Positions 63,574-64,000 of a stretch of 64,000 nucleotides of DNA are shown here, in pieces. Position numbers and translations under genes: made by a program. Source of the DNA: Lytechinus pictus (taxonomy: Eukaryota); the NCBI RefSeq assembly GCF_037042905.1, contig NC_087251.1:27218001-27282000 (forward strand), in the 5' to 3' direction. The number at the start of each line of letters is the position of its first letter. Position 1 is the stretch's first letter. The notes below the pieces were generated by a model, which saw nothing but the letters and a program-made list of their open reading frames with translations, was not told where the DNA came from and searched no databases.

Positions 63574-64000
63574 CTGGAGAAAAACAGATAAGTGATGAAA
63601 TTTGGTTCAAAATGAGGTTGATCATTACCATATTTTCCCAGTGACTCACTTCAGCAGTTTGACATCACGAAAGTAATGTTGACCTTGCCCTTCTTTTCCA
63701 TCTGGAATCACAGGTTTGGTTTTCAACCCAAGGAATTTTTTTTCACATTAAAGGATCAGATCCACGCGATTGTCAAACATCTAACCTGCCTGAAACATTA
63801 CGTACACAACCACCATTATATTAAGAAATTACATCACCTTCCTTTTGACATGGCATAATTTATTATACTCTCTTCTCATTTACCTCAACCCACCCCAAAA
63901 AGTTAAGTAGCCTTGCCAACCTGGTGGTGACATGTAATAAAGAAAATGAGCAGAATATCTCGCTACCAGTGATAGGAATATTTTAAGGTCATGATTGGAT

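Noticed and set aside
63650-63701. Candidate upstream coding exon of the ZNF106-like gene (AG...GTGAGT)
   Set aside because: Its only open frame ends in phase 2 whereas the 63573 acceptor needs phase 1, so at best it is a UTR exon. The first 25 residues of ORF 62306-63649 are probably intronic.

Overview
Eukaryotic, AT-rich, intron-containing DNA with two N gaps (9218-9413, 39207-39403). The gene and repeat content suggests a marine invertebrate, probably a sea urchin (inference). Five spliced protein-coding genes can be reconstructed by hand from GT-AG sites and reading phase. (1) The 5' part of an RGS22-like gene (minus, 8002 running off the left edge). (2,3) Two tandem, same-strand paralogues of an unrecognised family (18874-23011, 391 aa; 35698-39690, 353 aa). 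They show a PD-(D/E)XK restriction-endonuclease-like motif order with a degenerate catalytic strand, and each has one intron the other lacks; this is the most interesting signal in the window. (4) A GT10 alpha-1,3-fucosyltransferase (minus, 42434-45097). (5) A divergent ZNF106-like WD40/C2H2 gene (minus, 51852 to at least 63573). The rest is dense in mobile DNA: a Tx1/L1-type 3' end, a young 5'-truncated CR1/L2-type LINE nested in a Tc1/mariner MITE, MITEs with hAT, piggyBac, Kolobok, Harbinger, CACTA and Academ-type signatures, two Helentron-type (HINE) elements carrying perfect DR1 motifs, and a Penelope/hammerhead-like inverted repeat. All family assignments are from recall of motifs, not from database searches.
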